The translations under genes and the position numbers were made by a program. 24,403 nt of DNA. Source: a virus (lineage: Duplodnaviria > Caudoviricetes). This document shows, one piece after another, positions 1 to 7,427 of the stretch. The notes under the pieces were generated by a model. It did no database searches. It saw only the letters and a list, made by a program, of their open reading frames with translations, and had not been told where the DNA came from. The stretch's first letter is position 1. Every line of letters begins with the position of its first letter. The stretch is taken from IMG/VR virus record IMGVR_UViG_3300031694_000043, positions 1-24,403 of that record; one strand, written 5' to 3'.

Positions 1-1140
1 AACAAGGGGAATCCCTTTGATCAGACAAACAAGATGGTTATGATTGGGGTATTGCAGGATGATGAGTTAACGATTCTTACTGAGGACTTTGACGATTTAG
101 CGGTGAGAGGGAAGCTACTGGTAGGACATAACATTAAGTTTGATCTACATTGGATTAGAAGATGTGGAGTGTCTATAAAAGACATTAAGGTATGGGACAC
201 ACAACTAGCAGAGTTTATACTTACTGGTCAAGAGATGAGATTCCCTTCCTTAGATGGGTGTCTAGAGAAGTATGGTTTCCCTGCTAAACTGGATGTAGTC
301 AAAACTGAGTACTGGAACAAGGGAATTGATACTGATGCTATTCCAACAGACATTCTAACTGAGTACTTAGAGCGTGACTTGAAAGGTACTGAGGAAGTAT
401 ACTTGGCTCAAAAGAAATTGTTTGAGACTACTCATAAACATCTGCTACCACTGTTCAAGTTACATTGTAAAGATTTATTAGTACTAGAGGAGATGGAGTT
501 TAATGGTATAAGGTTTAATGAAGAGAAGGCAAGGGCTAGGGCAGCGGAGATATTAGAGCAGCAGCAGATCATTAAAGCAGAGTTGGATTTTGGTGTAGGT
601 TCAATACCTTATAGTTTGTCTAGTGATACAGACATATCAGCTATTATATATGGGGGTACTATACTTAAAGAATCACGCATACCCATAGGGGAGTATAAGA
701 CAGGCAGTAAGATCGGTCAGACAAGGTACAAAGTAATCTATAACTCATACGATTGTGTTGGCATGGTTAAACCATTGAAGAACACTGAATCACATGAGAA
801 GGTTAGCCAAAAGGAGATGGTGTTTGTGGAGAAGGGTATACTAACGAAGCCGAGGAAGTACTGGAAGGTTGATGAGAAGACCCTCAAGAAAGTTAAAGCA
901 AAGAAGAGGGCAAGACAGTTCATCACATTGTTTCAAGAGTATAATAAGTTGGAGAAATTACGCGGTACATATTTACTTGGGTGGAGTGACTTTATTCATA
1001 AACTGAATCTAAAAAAAGATACACTACATCCCCAGTTAAATCAATGTGTGGCGGTTACAGGTAGACTTAGTTCTAGTCAACCAAACGGGCAGAATGCAGA
1101 TTCATCCACTAAACGATATTGCGAGAGTAGATACTTATGA
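1..1140 (+). CDS. polA: Family A DNA polymerase, N-terminal part (3'-5' exonuclease + thumb); 5'-truncated by the window edge
   Basis: Frame is open from base 1 (NKGNPFDQTNK precedes the track's Met at 34), so the ExoI motif and true start are probably upstream. ExoII VGHNIKFD, ExoIII EYLERD, EMEFNG, and HPQLNQCVAVTGRLSSSQPNGQN (PolA TGRLSS motif) are present. Ends at TGA 1138-1140. Confidence 0.93.
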   Translation, partial: NKGNPFDQTNKMVMIGVLQDDELTILTEDFDDLAVRGKLLVGHNIKFDLHWIRRCGVSIKDIKVWDTQLAEFILTGQEMRFPSLDGCLEKYGFPAKLDVVKTEYWNKGIDTDAIPTDILTEYLERDLKGTEEVYLAQKKLFETTHKHLLPLFKLHCKDLLVLEEMEFNGIRFNEEKARARAAEILEQQQIIKAELDFGVGSIPYSLSSDTDISAIIYGGTILKESRIPIGEYKTGSKIGQTRYKVIYNSYDCVGMVKPLKNTESHEKVSQKEMVFVEKGILTKPRKYWKVDEKTLKKVKAKKRARQFITLFQEYNKLEKLRGTYLLGWSDFIHKLNLKKDTLHPQLNQCVAVTGRLSSSQPNGQNADSSTKRYCESRYL

Positions 1141-1868
1141 TAATACAATTAGATGCGAAGGGATTAGAGATTGTATGTGGAGCGTACCTCTCGCAAGATA
1201 AGGTTCTGATGAAGGAACTTATTGATGGGGTTGACATACACAGTCGTAATCAGAAGATGCTAGGGTTGCCCGAAGGTAAGGATGGTAGACTTGTTGCTAA
1301 GATATTTGTATTCAGATTAATGTATGGTGGTGGTGCTTGGGGTTATGCTAATGATCCTGCCTTTTCTTGGATTAGTTCTAAGAAAGATTTTTGGCAGGAC
1401 AAGATTGATGAGTATTATTTCAAGTATAAGGATTTTGCTAGATGGCATAACACCATAGTTGTCCAAGCATCAAAGGACGGTCAACTAATAATGCCGACAG
1501 GTAGGGTGTACCGCTTCCCTTTAATTAGAAATAAGAATACTAATGAGTTAGAAGTGCCAGAACGTGCCATAAAGAATTATCCCGTACAGGGGTTAGGTGC
1601 AGATGTAATGGCAGTAGCAAGAGTATCATTTTTTAAAAGGTGGAAAGATATTGGAGATATTAAAGGCGTTCTTTGCAATACTGTGCATGATTCAATTGTT
1701 TGTGATATACAATCATCTGAATTGGCAAGGGTTCGTAACTTATGTCATTCAGTGTTCTCTGACCTCCCTGATAATTTTGGGAGGGTATTTGGCAAGCGTT
1801 TCAACCTTCCACTTTGTTGTGAGGTTCTTGGAGGAGATAACATGACAGATATGAAGGAAATATTATAA
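1137..1868 (+). CDS. polA: Family A DNA polymerase, C-terminal catalytic part (palm/fingers)
   Basis: Motif A DAKGLE, motif B RLVAKIFVFRLMYGG, NYPVQG, and motif C TVHDSI. The ATG overlaps the upstream stop (ATGA). Confidence 0.95.
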   Translation: MIIQLDAKGLEIVCGAYLSQDKVLMKELIDGVDIHSRNQKMLGLPEGKDGRLVAKIFVFRLMYGGGAWGYANDPAFSWISSKKDFWQDKIDEYYFKYKDFARWHNTIVVQASKDGQLIMPTGRVYRFPLIRNKNTNELEVPERAIKNYPVQGLGADVMAVARVSFFKRWKDIGDIKGVLCNTVHDSIVCDIQSSELARVRNLCHSVFSDLPDNFGRVFGKRFNLPLCCEVLGGDNMTDMKEIL

Positions 1869-1875
1869 ATAAAGG

Positions 1876-1904
1876 TGGACATAAAGTAGTAGGTATGATA
1901 TAAT
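1876..1904 (+). promoter_or_regulatory. sigma70-type promoter upstream of the SSB-like gene
   Basis: TGGACA (1876-1881), 17 nt spacer, TATAAT (1899-1904) with extended -10 TGn. Lies in the 1869-1933 intergenic gap, followed by SD AAGGAG before ATG 1934. Confidence 0.8.
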
Positions 1905-1933
1905 AATGTTTAACATTTAAAAAGGAGCAACAA

Positions 1934-2494
1934 ATGCCACAAAGTGTAAGCACGGGGATAGTAGTAGAGATAAAAAAAGATATGGAATTTACCAACGCAG
2001 CAGGTAAAACATATAAGGGAGTAAGATTCACTTATAGTGATGATAAAACAGGGGACATTAAAGCCCAGAAGTTCCATGAAAATGTTATGAAATACTCACC
2101 CGATGTAGCTAAAGGAATTAATAATTTGGTTAAGGATGATGAGTTTACAATGGTCAAGGAAAAGAAAGATGGTAGTGACTTTTGGAATGCAATCAGCATT
2201 AGCAAAGGGAGAGATACAGGAGTGGTAAATAATGCAGCCCCACAAGCAGCAGGTAAGGTAGCAGCTAAACCCTATGTATCTACATACGAAACTAAAGAAG
2301 AACGGGCAATACGACAACGGCTTATAGTTGCTCAATCATCTCTGTCAACAGCCATAGGTTGTCTAAGTGACAAAGAGAAACTTAATGAGAAGAAAGTATT
2401 TGCAACAGCAGAGAACATCTTTCAATGGGTAATGAACCATAAGGAAGAAGATGCTACCGCAGCAAACGAAGTTGAAATGGGTGAAATGACCTAA
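1934..2494 (+). CDS. Probable single-stranded DNA-binding protein
   Basis: Strong SD. Beta-rich N-terminal half compatible with an OB fold, Ala-rich linker, acidic C-terminal tail (EEDATAANEVEMGEMT), and position between polymerase and exonuclease. Function is inferred. Confidence 0.55.
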   Translation: MPQSVSTGIVVEIKKDMEFTNAAGKTYKGVRFTYSDDKTGDIKAQKFHENVMKYSPDVAKGINNLVKDDEFTMVKEKKDGSDFWNAISISKGRDTGVVNNAAPQAAGKVAAKPYVSTYETKEERAIRQRLIVAQSSLSTAIGCLSDKEKLNEKKVFATAENIFQWVMNHKEEDATAANEVEMGEMT

Positions 2495-3234
2495 TGACTA
2501 CTGCCCTAATAGACGGAGATTTGATATGTTATATCTCAGCAGTCTCAGCTAACGGGGCAGAGGAGTGGGTAGCTAAGTCTCGTGCAGAGAAGATGTTAGA
2601 TAGGATTTTAAGTGAGGTAGAGTGTGATAAGTATAGGGTATTTATTTCAGGAGGGTCTAACTTCCGAAAGAAAATCAACTCGGATTACAAGTCACACCGC
2701 CCACCACCTCCAGAGCATCTAAAAGCTACTCAACAACTTCTGATTGATCGTTACAATGCGGAAGTAACGGATGGTTATGAAGCTGATGATGCTCTAGGAA
2801 TTGCACAGACTGATGACACAATAATATGTTCCATAGATAAAGATTTATTAATGATTGCAGGTAAGCATTATAGTTGGGAGATTGTTCGTAGTGGTAAGGT
2901 AGTTCGCCCTGCTATATTTAGAGACGTTAGTTACCATGATGGCATTATACATTTCTATAAACAAATGCTCATAGGTGACGTAGCTGATAATCTATTTGGT
3001 ATTAGGGGTATTGGGGAAGCCAAGGCAAGTAAGTTGTTACAGGATGTTCCCGATGAAGACCTACTTAAAACCATTGTTCTTAATATGTACATTGATGACA
3101 AGTTAGAGGGTGTACAAGACAGACCTGATCTAGAAAGAGAACAGATTGAGAGATTTTATATGAATGCTAATTGTTTTTGGATATGGAGGGATTTGGGTGT
3201 GACATATTCGGTTAGAGAAGATATTGAGGGTTAA
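2494..3234 (+). CDS. 5'-3' exonuclease / flap nuclease (T7 gp6 / T4 RNase H-like)
   Basis: Motifs ALIDGD, EADDALG, SIDKDL, and GDVADNLFGIRGIG (H3TH). TAATG overlap with the upstream gene. Confidence 0.92.
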   Translation: MTTALIDGDLICYISAVSANGAEEWVAKSRAEKMLDRILSEVECDKYRVFISGGSNFRKKINSDYKSHRPPPPEHLKATQQLLIDRYNAEVTDGYEADDALGIAQTDDTIICSIDKDLLMIAGKHYSWEIVRSGKVVRPAIFRDVSYHDGIIHFYKQMLIGDVADNLFGIRGIGEAKASKLLQDVPDEDLLKTIVLNMYIDDKLEGVQDRPDLEREQIERFYMNANCFWIWRDLGVTYSVREDIEG

Positions 3235-3589
3235 GGGTTGGACGGAGGGCAGGTTCAGGGCTTTTATATTTAGTGTAATTAGAGGAGGCATGAGGAGGTA
3301 TCCACCTAAGTTTATGTGCTTAAACGCTGCCAAGGTAGGGAAGCAGATAAACAAGAGTAGTGGGAGAATGGCAGAGCATTACAAATGTAATAAATGTAAA
3401 GAAGCTTTCCCACAGAAGGAAGTACAGGTAGATCATAAGAAGCCCGTGGTTGATCCCAAAGCAGGGTTTGTCGATTGGAATACCTATATAGATAGGATGT
3501 TTTGTGAGGATAAGAACTTTCAAGTGTTATGTAAATCTTGTCATAAGATTAAGACTCAGAAAGAAAAACTTAGGAGGAAGAAAAAATGA
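3224..3589 (+). CDS. HNH endonuclease with Zn-binding Cys pairs
   Basis: CNKC...VQVDHKKP...NFQVLCKSCHKIKT. The start (TTG 3224) is uncertain. Confidence 0.85.
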   Translation: MRVKGWTEGRFRAFIFSVIRGGMRRYPPKFMCLNAAKVGKQINKSSGRMAEHYKCNKCKEAFPQKEVQVDHKKPVVDPKAGFVDWNTYIDRMFCEDKNFQVLCKSCHKIKTQKEKLRRKKK

Positions 3590-3816
3590 TTTCAAAGGTA
3601 GTTAATATAACATTCTCAGATCGCCCTTGTATATATAGATTGGGTATCGGGTATGGAGATTCAGGGGAAGCCCTATGGTCTACGAGATCGTGCAGGTTAC
3701 TTCCTCCTGAGATAGAGTTCATTGAGAAGGCAGAGCGAGACTATGATAGAGCGCAAGAGATACTATCTAAAAATTATGTTGAATGGGAGAAAAACTTATC
3801 AAAATCCTTATTTTAG
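3586..3816 (+). CDS. Hypothetical protein (76 aa)
   Basis: ATGA overlap with the HNH stop and SD AGGAGG upstream. No motif recognised. Confidence 0.6.
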   Translation: MISKVVNITFSDRPCIYRLGIGYGDSGEALWSTRSCRLLPPEIEFIEKAERDYDRAQEILSKNYVEWEKNLSKSLF

Positions 3817-4517
3817 ATATAGAAACTGCACCCAATTTAGTACACACATGGGGATTATGGGATCAGAGCGTATCCTTAAATCAGATAGTAAAACCTACTT
3901 ACACGTTATGTTGGGCAGCCAAGTGGTTAGGTAAGAAACAAGTGTTCTTTAGAGATCATAAAGAAAAAGCATTCGTAACAGATATATACGAATTGCTAAC
4001 TGAAGCAGATGCAGTTATCCATTATAACGGTTCTAAATTCGATATTCCTATTTTGAATAAGGACTTTATTAATCAAGGATTGCCACCACCTGCACCTTTT
4101 AAGGAGATTGATTTACTAAGAACAGTCAGACGTAGATTTAAAATGCCTAGTAATAAGTTAGAGTATGTATGTAATTTTTTAGAAATTGGAAACAAACTCA
4201 AACATCAAGGGCATGATTTATGGACGGCTTATATGGCAGGGGACAAGAAAGCCATGCAGAAGATGAAGAAGTACAACATACACGATGTGACTCTGACGGA
4301 GCAATTGTATATGAGACTTCTTCCGTGGATTCCTAATCACCCCACAGATAGCCCAACAAATGCTTGTCCTGTATGTGGTGGTCATCACTTACAACGGAGG
4401 GGTACTATTAGAAGGTTGGCAGGACTGTACGCAAGGTATCAATGTCAAGATTGTGGAAAATGGAGTCAGGGTACTGAGAAGCTTGAGAAAATTGTTGTAA
4501 CACATAAAGGGATATAA
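3783..4517 (+). CDS. DEDDy 3'-5' exonuclease (RNase H-like, YprB/RNase_H_2 type) with C-terminal Zn ribbon
   Basis: ExoI LDIET, ExoII HYNGSKFDIP, ExoIII YNIHDV, and C-terminal CPVC...CQDC. Confidence 0.88.
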   Translation: MGEKLIKILILDIETAPNLVHTWGLWDQSVSLNQIVKPTYTLCWAAKWLGKKQVFFRDHKEKAFVTDIYELLTEADAVIHYNGSKFDIPILNKDFINQGLPPPAPFKEIDLLRTVRRRFKMPSNKLEYVCNFLEIGNKLKHQGHDLWTAYMAGDKKAMQKMKKYNIHDVTLTEQLYMRLLPWIPNHPTDSPTNACPVCGGHHLQRRGTIRRLAGLYARYQCQDCGKWSQGTEKLEKIVVTHKGI

Positions 4518-4522
4518 AATGG

Positions 4523-4783
4523 ATGAAAGACTTGGACAAATGGTGGAAAGACTTATGGTTTCCTGCCATCAATTTATGGAACGCACCACATAGGGTAGAA
4601 ACTATTATGCCACTCACACACGAAGAAATTAAAGAAAGACTAAAGATGTTAGATGAGATCTCACTCTTAGAGATATTAGAAATATCTTCAGAGGATATAG
4701 TAGACAAGTTCTCTGAAAAAATTGAGGGGAGGGGAGATTATTTCATTAAAGACTTGGAAGATGAGGAGTGGGATGATGAGTAA
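4523..4783 (+). CDS. Small acidic hypothetical phage protein (alternative start ATG 4607)
   Basis: Fills the gap between flanking genes. Helical acidic core LTHEEIKERLKMLDEISLLEILEISSEDIVDKF. Confidence 0.65.
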   Translation: MKDLDKWWKDLWFPAINLWNAPHRVETIMPLTHEEIKERLKMLDEISLLEILEISSEDIVDKFSEKIEGRGDYFIKDLEDEEWDDE

Positions 4784-5009
4784 GCAAACGGCGGAGGATA
4801 GATGGTTGGGCGTTAATGAACAGCAGATAGGGGGAGAGCATTACTTAACTGAGATACAGCCTTGGGACTTTATACTGGCAAACAACTTATCATTCCTAGA
4901 GGGAAATATAATTAAGTACATTTGTCGTTATCGGAACAAGGGAGGAGTACAGGATCTCTATAAAGCAGATCATTACCTAAAGAAACTAATTGAAACTGAG
5001 GAGAAATAA
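4773..5009 (+). CDS. DUF3310 / SaV-like protein (related to the T7 gp1.7 nucleotide kinase domain)
   Basis: Signature QIGGEHY...IQPWDFI...FLEGNIIKYICRYRNKGGVQDLYKA. Start reassigned to ATG 4773/4776 behind SD GAGGAG. Confidence 0.85.
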   Translation: MMSKQTAEDRWLGVNEQQIGGEHYLTEIQPWDFILANNLSFLEGNIIKYICRYRNKGGVQDLYKADHYLKKLIETEEK

Positions 5010-5011
5010 TA

Positions 5012-5137
5012 GTGACAAGTATAGGAGATTTATTGATAACCACACAAGTTCTAGCAGTTAGTATTGTGGTAGTGATACTAGCGATAGGTGGATTACTAGC
5101 TATATTGGAATGGGTAGCAACGGACGATAACGTATAA
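5012..5137 (+). CDS. 41-aa single-pass membrane peptide (absent from the ORF track)
   Basis: GTG 5012 to TAA 5135-5137 gives MTSIGDLLITTQVLAVSIVVVILAIGGLLAILEWVATDDNV. SD GAGGAG at 4998-5003. Fills the gap before nrdJ. Confidence 0.7.
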   Translation: MTSIGDLLITTQVLAVSIVVVILAIGGLLAILEWVATDDNV

Positions 5138-5150
5138 ATTTAAGGATAAC

Positions 5151-7082
5151 ATGAAAAAAGATAATAAAATGGGAACGTATGAGCAGATTATCCACGTAAC
5201 TAAATATGCTAGGTATTTAGAGGACAAAAAACGCAGAGAGACATGGGAAGAGACTATTACTAGGTTTATGGACTATATGTCCTCTAAAGTAGACCTTAAA
5301 GGGACATATAAGGAGCTACACGGGGCGTTACTACGTCAGGAGATAGTTCCATCCATGAGACTTCTTATGACGGCAGGAGAGGCTTGTGAGAGGGATAATA
5401 TTGCAGCATTTAACTGTGCATACACCTCTATATCAAGTAAACGGGTGTTTAGCGAAATCTTGTACATATTGATGAACGGAACGGGGATTGGGTTCTCTAA
5501 TGAGCGCAAGAAGATAGATCTACTACCTCCTGTACCCAGAGAATTGTCATGGTCTGATGATGTAATTGTAGTAGCAGATTCTAAGAAGGGTTGGGCGGTA
5601 GCATTTAGGAAGTTGATGAGTAGTCTGTGGGAAGGTGATATTCCTAATGTGGATTACAGTAAGATTAGACCTGCGGGAGCTAGACTTAAAACATTTGGTG
5701 GTCGTGCTTCTGGGCCTCTACCATTGCAGAATTTATTTACATTTGTAACAGAAACATTTAAGGGGGCTAAAGGACGTAAGCTGAATAGTTTAGAAGTACA
5801 CGATATTATATGTATGATAGGTGACATTGTTGTTGTTGGCGGAGTTAGGCGAAGTGCCTTGATTGGTTTATCTAATCTAACTGACCATAGAATGCGTGAT
5901 GCTAAGACAGGACAATGGTATCTACCAGTACAAGACGGCGGAAATCCACATAGGATGTTAGCTAATAATTCAGTATGTTATACGGAGCAGCCCGATGCTA
6001 AAACTTTTTTGGAAGAATGGCTCAGTCTCGTTAAGTCGGGGTCTGGTGAGAGGGGAATCTTTAACCGCATTGCTGCACAGAATCAAGCCTCTCGTTGGGG
6101 AAGACGTAGTGCTGATCTTGATTACGGATGTAATCCTTGCTCAGAAATTATACTTAGAGATAAACAATTCTGTAACCTTACAGAAGTTGTTGTTAGACAA
6201 TCAGATACATATAATGAACTCAAGAAGAAGATTGAATTGGCAACAATACTTGGAACATATCAATCAACCCTTACGGATTTCAAGTTCTTATCCGAAGAAT
6301 GGAAGAAGAACACTGATGAAGAAAGGTTACTAGGAGTTAGCCTTACTGGTATTATGGATAGCCCATTACTTAATGGAGCTAAAGATGCAATGCTTCAGCA
6401 TCGTGAATTGGTACGTGGATTACCTACAATTTTACAGGAGTTAAGGGATCATGCTAGGAAGGTTAATGTTAAATGGGCTGAGAGATTTAATGTACCTGTT
6501 TCTACTGCTATTACTTGCGTTAAGCCTTCTGGTACTGTTTCTCAGTTGTGTAACTCTGCTAGTGGGATTCACGCTCGTTTCGCTCCATACTATATTCGGC
6601 GTATTCAGTTAGATAAGAAAGATCCAGTATGTCAATTCTTATTAGACAATGGGTTTCCTCTAGTTGATTATGAAGCTAAGAAGGATACGACAATGGTAGC
6701 AAGCTTCCCTATGAAAGCACCTGATGGTGCAATATGTAGAGGTAGTCAAACAGCAATAGAGCAGATGGAACTATGGTTGATGTATCAAGATGATTGGTGC
6801 GAACATAAGCCTAGTTGTACTGTGTACGTGAAGGAAGATGAATGGGTCGGGGTAGGCGCATGGGTCTGGGAGAGATTTGATCGCATCTCAGGCATTAGCT
6901 TTTTACCCCATTCTGACCACGTATACCAACAAGCACCTTATGAGGATCTAACCAAGGAGCAGTATGAAGCAATGCTTGCCACTATGCCTAAAGGAATTGA
7001 TTGGACTGCTATGATTGAGGATAAAGATAATACAGAAGCATCACAAACCCTCGCTTGTGTGGCAGGGGCTTGTGAGATCTAG
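5151..7082 (+). CDS. nrdJ: Class II adenosylcobalamin-dependent ribonucleotide reductase, monomeric (RTPR-like)
   Basis: FNCAY, GRASGP, VVGGVRRSALI, NPCSEI (radical Cys/Glu), FCNL, TCVKPSGTVSQL, and a C-terminal Cx4C (CVAGAC). No ATP cone and no beta-subunit gene nearby. Confidence 0.95.
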   Translation: MKKDNKMGTYEQIIHVTKYARYLEDKKRRETWEETITRFMDYMSSKVDLKGTYKELHGALLRQEIVPSMRLLMTAGEACERDNIAAFNCAYTSISSKRVFSEILYILMNGTGIGFSNERKKIDLLPPVPRELSWSDDVIVVADSKKGWAVAFRKLMSSLWEGDIPNVDYSKIRPAGARLKTFGGRASGPLPLQNLFTFVTETFKGAKGRKLNSLEVHDIICMIGDIVVVGGVRRSALIGLSNLTDHRMRDAKTGQWYLPVQDGGNPHRMLANNSVCYTEQPDAKTFLEEWLSLVKSGSGERGIFNRIAAQNQASRWGRRSADLDYGCNPCSEIILRDKQFCNLTEVVVRQSDTYNELKKKIELATILGTYQSTLTDFKFLSEEWKKNTDEERLLGVSLTGIMDSPLLNGAKDAMLQHRELVRGLPTILQELRDHARKVNVKWAERFNVPVSTAITCVKPSGTVSQLCNSASGIHARFAPYYIRRIQLDKKDPVCQFLLDNGFPLVDYEAKKDTTMVASFPMKAPDGAICRGSQTAIEQMELWLMYQDDWCEHKPSCTVYVKEDEWVGVGAWVWERFDRISGISFLPHSDHVYQQAPYEDLTKEQYEAMLATMPKGIDWTAMIEDKDNTEASQTLACVAGACEI

Positions 7083-7107
7083 GGCTGTAATTGATTCTGC
7101 CTTGGCT

Positions 7108-7329
7108 ATGGCTACGGCAGATACAGGTTGTATCCTTGAGTGCCTTCTGAATGAGGAAGGGAATGCGTGTATTAGTTGTGGGCGAACTCTACAGGAGATA
7201 AAAGATGATGGAATTAGAGCAAGAAGGAAACTTCAATCTAGATCTGAAGAAGTACTTGATGGAACTGGTAGTCCAATTGAGAGACTTAGAAGAAGCAAAT
7301 CTAGAGGAGGGAGTAGTACTAAAGATTGA
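7108..7329 (+). CDS. DUF1289-like Cys4 small protein (putative metal/Fe-S binding); start uncertain
   Basis: CILEC...CISCGRTLQEI matches the Cx3C...CxxCxRTxxEI pattern of DUF1289/YdhL-like proteins. No clear SD, and the 3' part overlaps the next ORF. Confidence 0.6.
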   Translation: MATADTGCILECLLNEEGNACISCGRTLQEIKDDGIRARRKLQSRSEEVLDGTGSPIERLRRSKSRGGSSTKD

Positions 7330-7426
7330 ATATCCTGATGTGCCTAACGTATACTTTCAAATAGTAGTACATGAGTTGGATGAAGATTCAGTTTTAGAAA
7401 CAATAATAGATAAGAGGATACATTGA
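7205..7426 (+). CDS. Small acidic hypothetical protein (73 aa)
   Basis: SD AGGAG at 7193-7197. Ends 1 nt before the next ATG. Confidence 0.65.
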   Translation: MMELEQEGNFNLDLKKYLMELVVQLRDLEEANLEEGVVLKIEYPDVPNVYFQIVVHELDEDSVLETIIDKRIH

Positions 7427-7427
7427 T

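Noticed and set aside
1100-1140. Programmed frameshift, intron or intein joining the polymerase halves
   Set aside because: There is no slippery heptamer, an in-frame TAG lies at 1128-1130 in the downstream frame, there is no intervening sequence, and no intein terminal residues are present.
3224-3589. HNH gene as a mobile homing endonuclease or intron
   Set aside because: It interrupts no gene, is tightly overlapped with both neighbours, and lacks an extra DNA-binding domain.
7079-7107. Hairpin after nrdJ (AGGGC...GCCTT) as a terminator
   Set aside because: The stem is short with G-U pairs, the loop is long, and there is no U tract.
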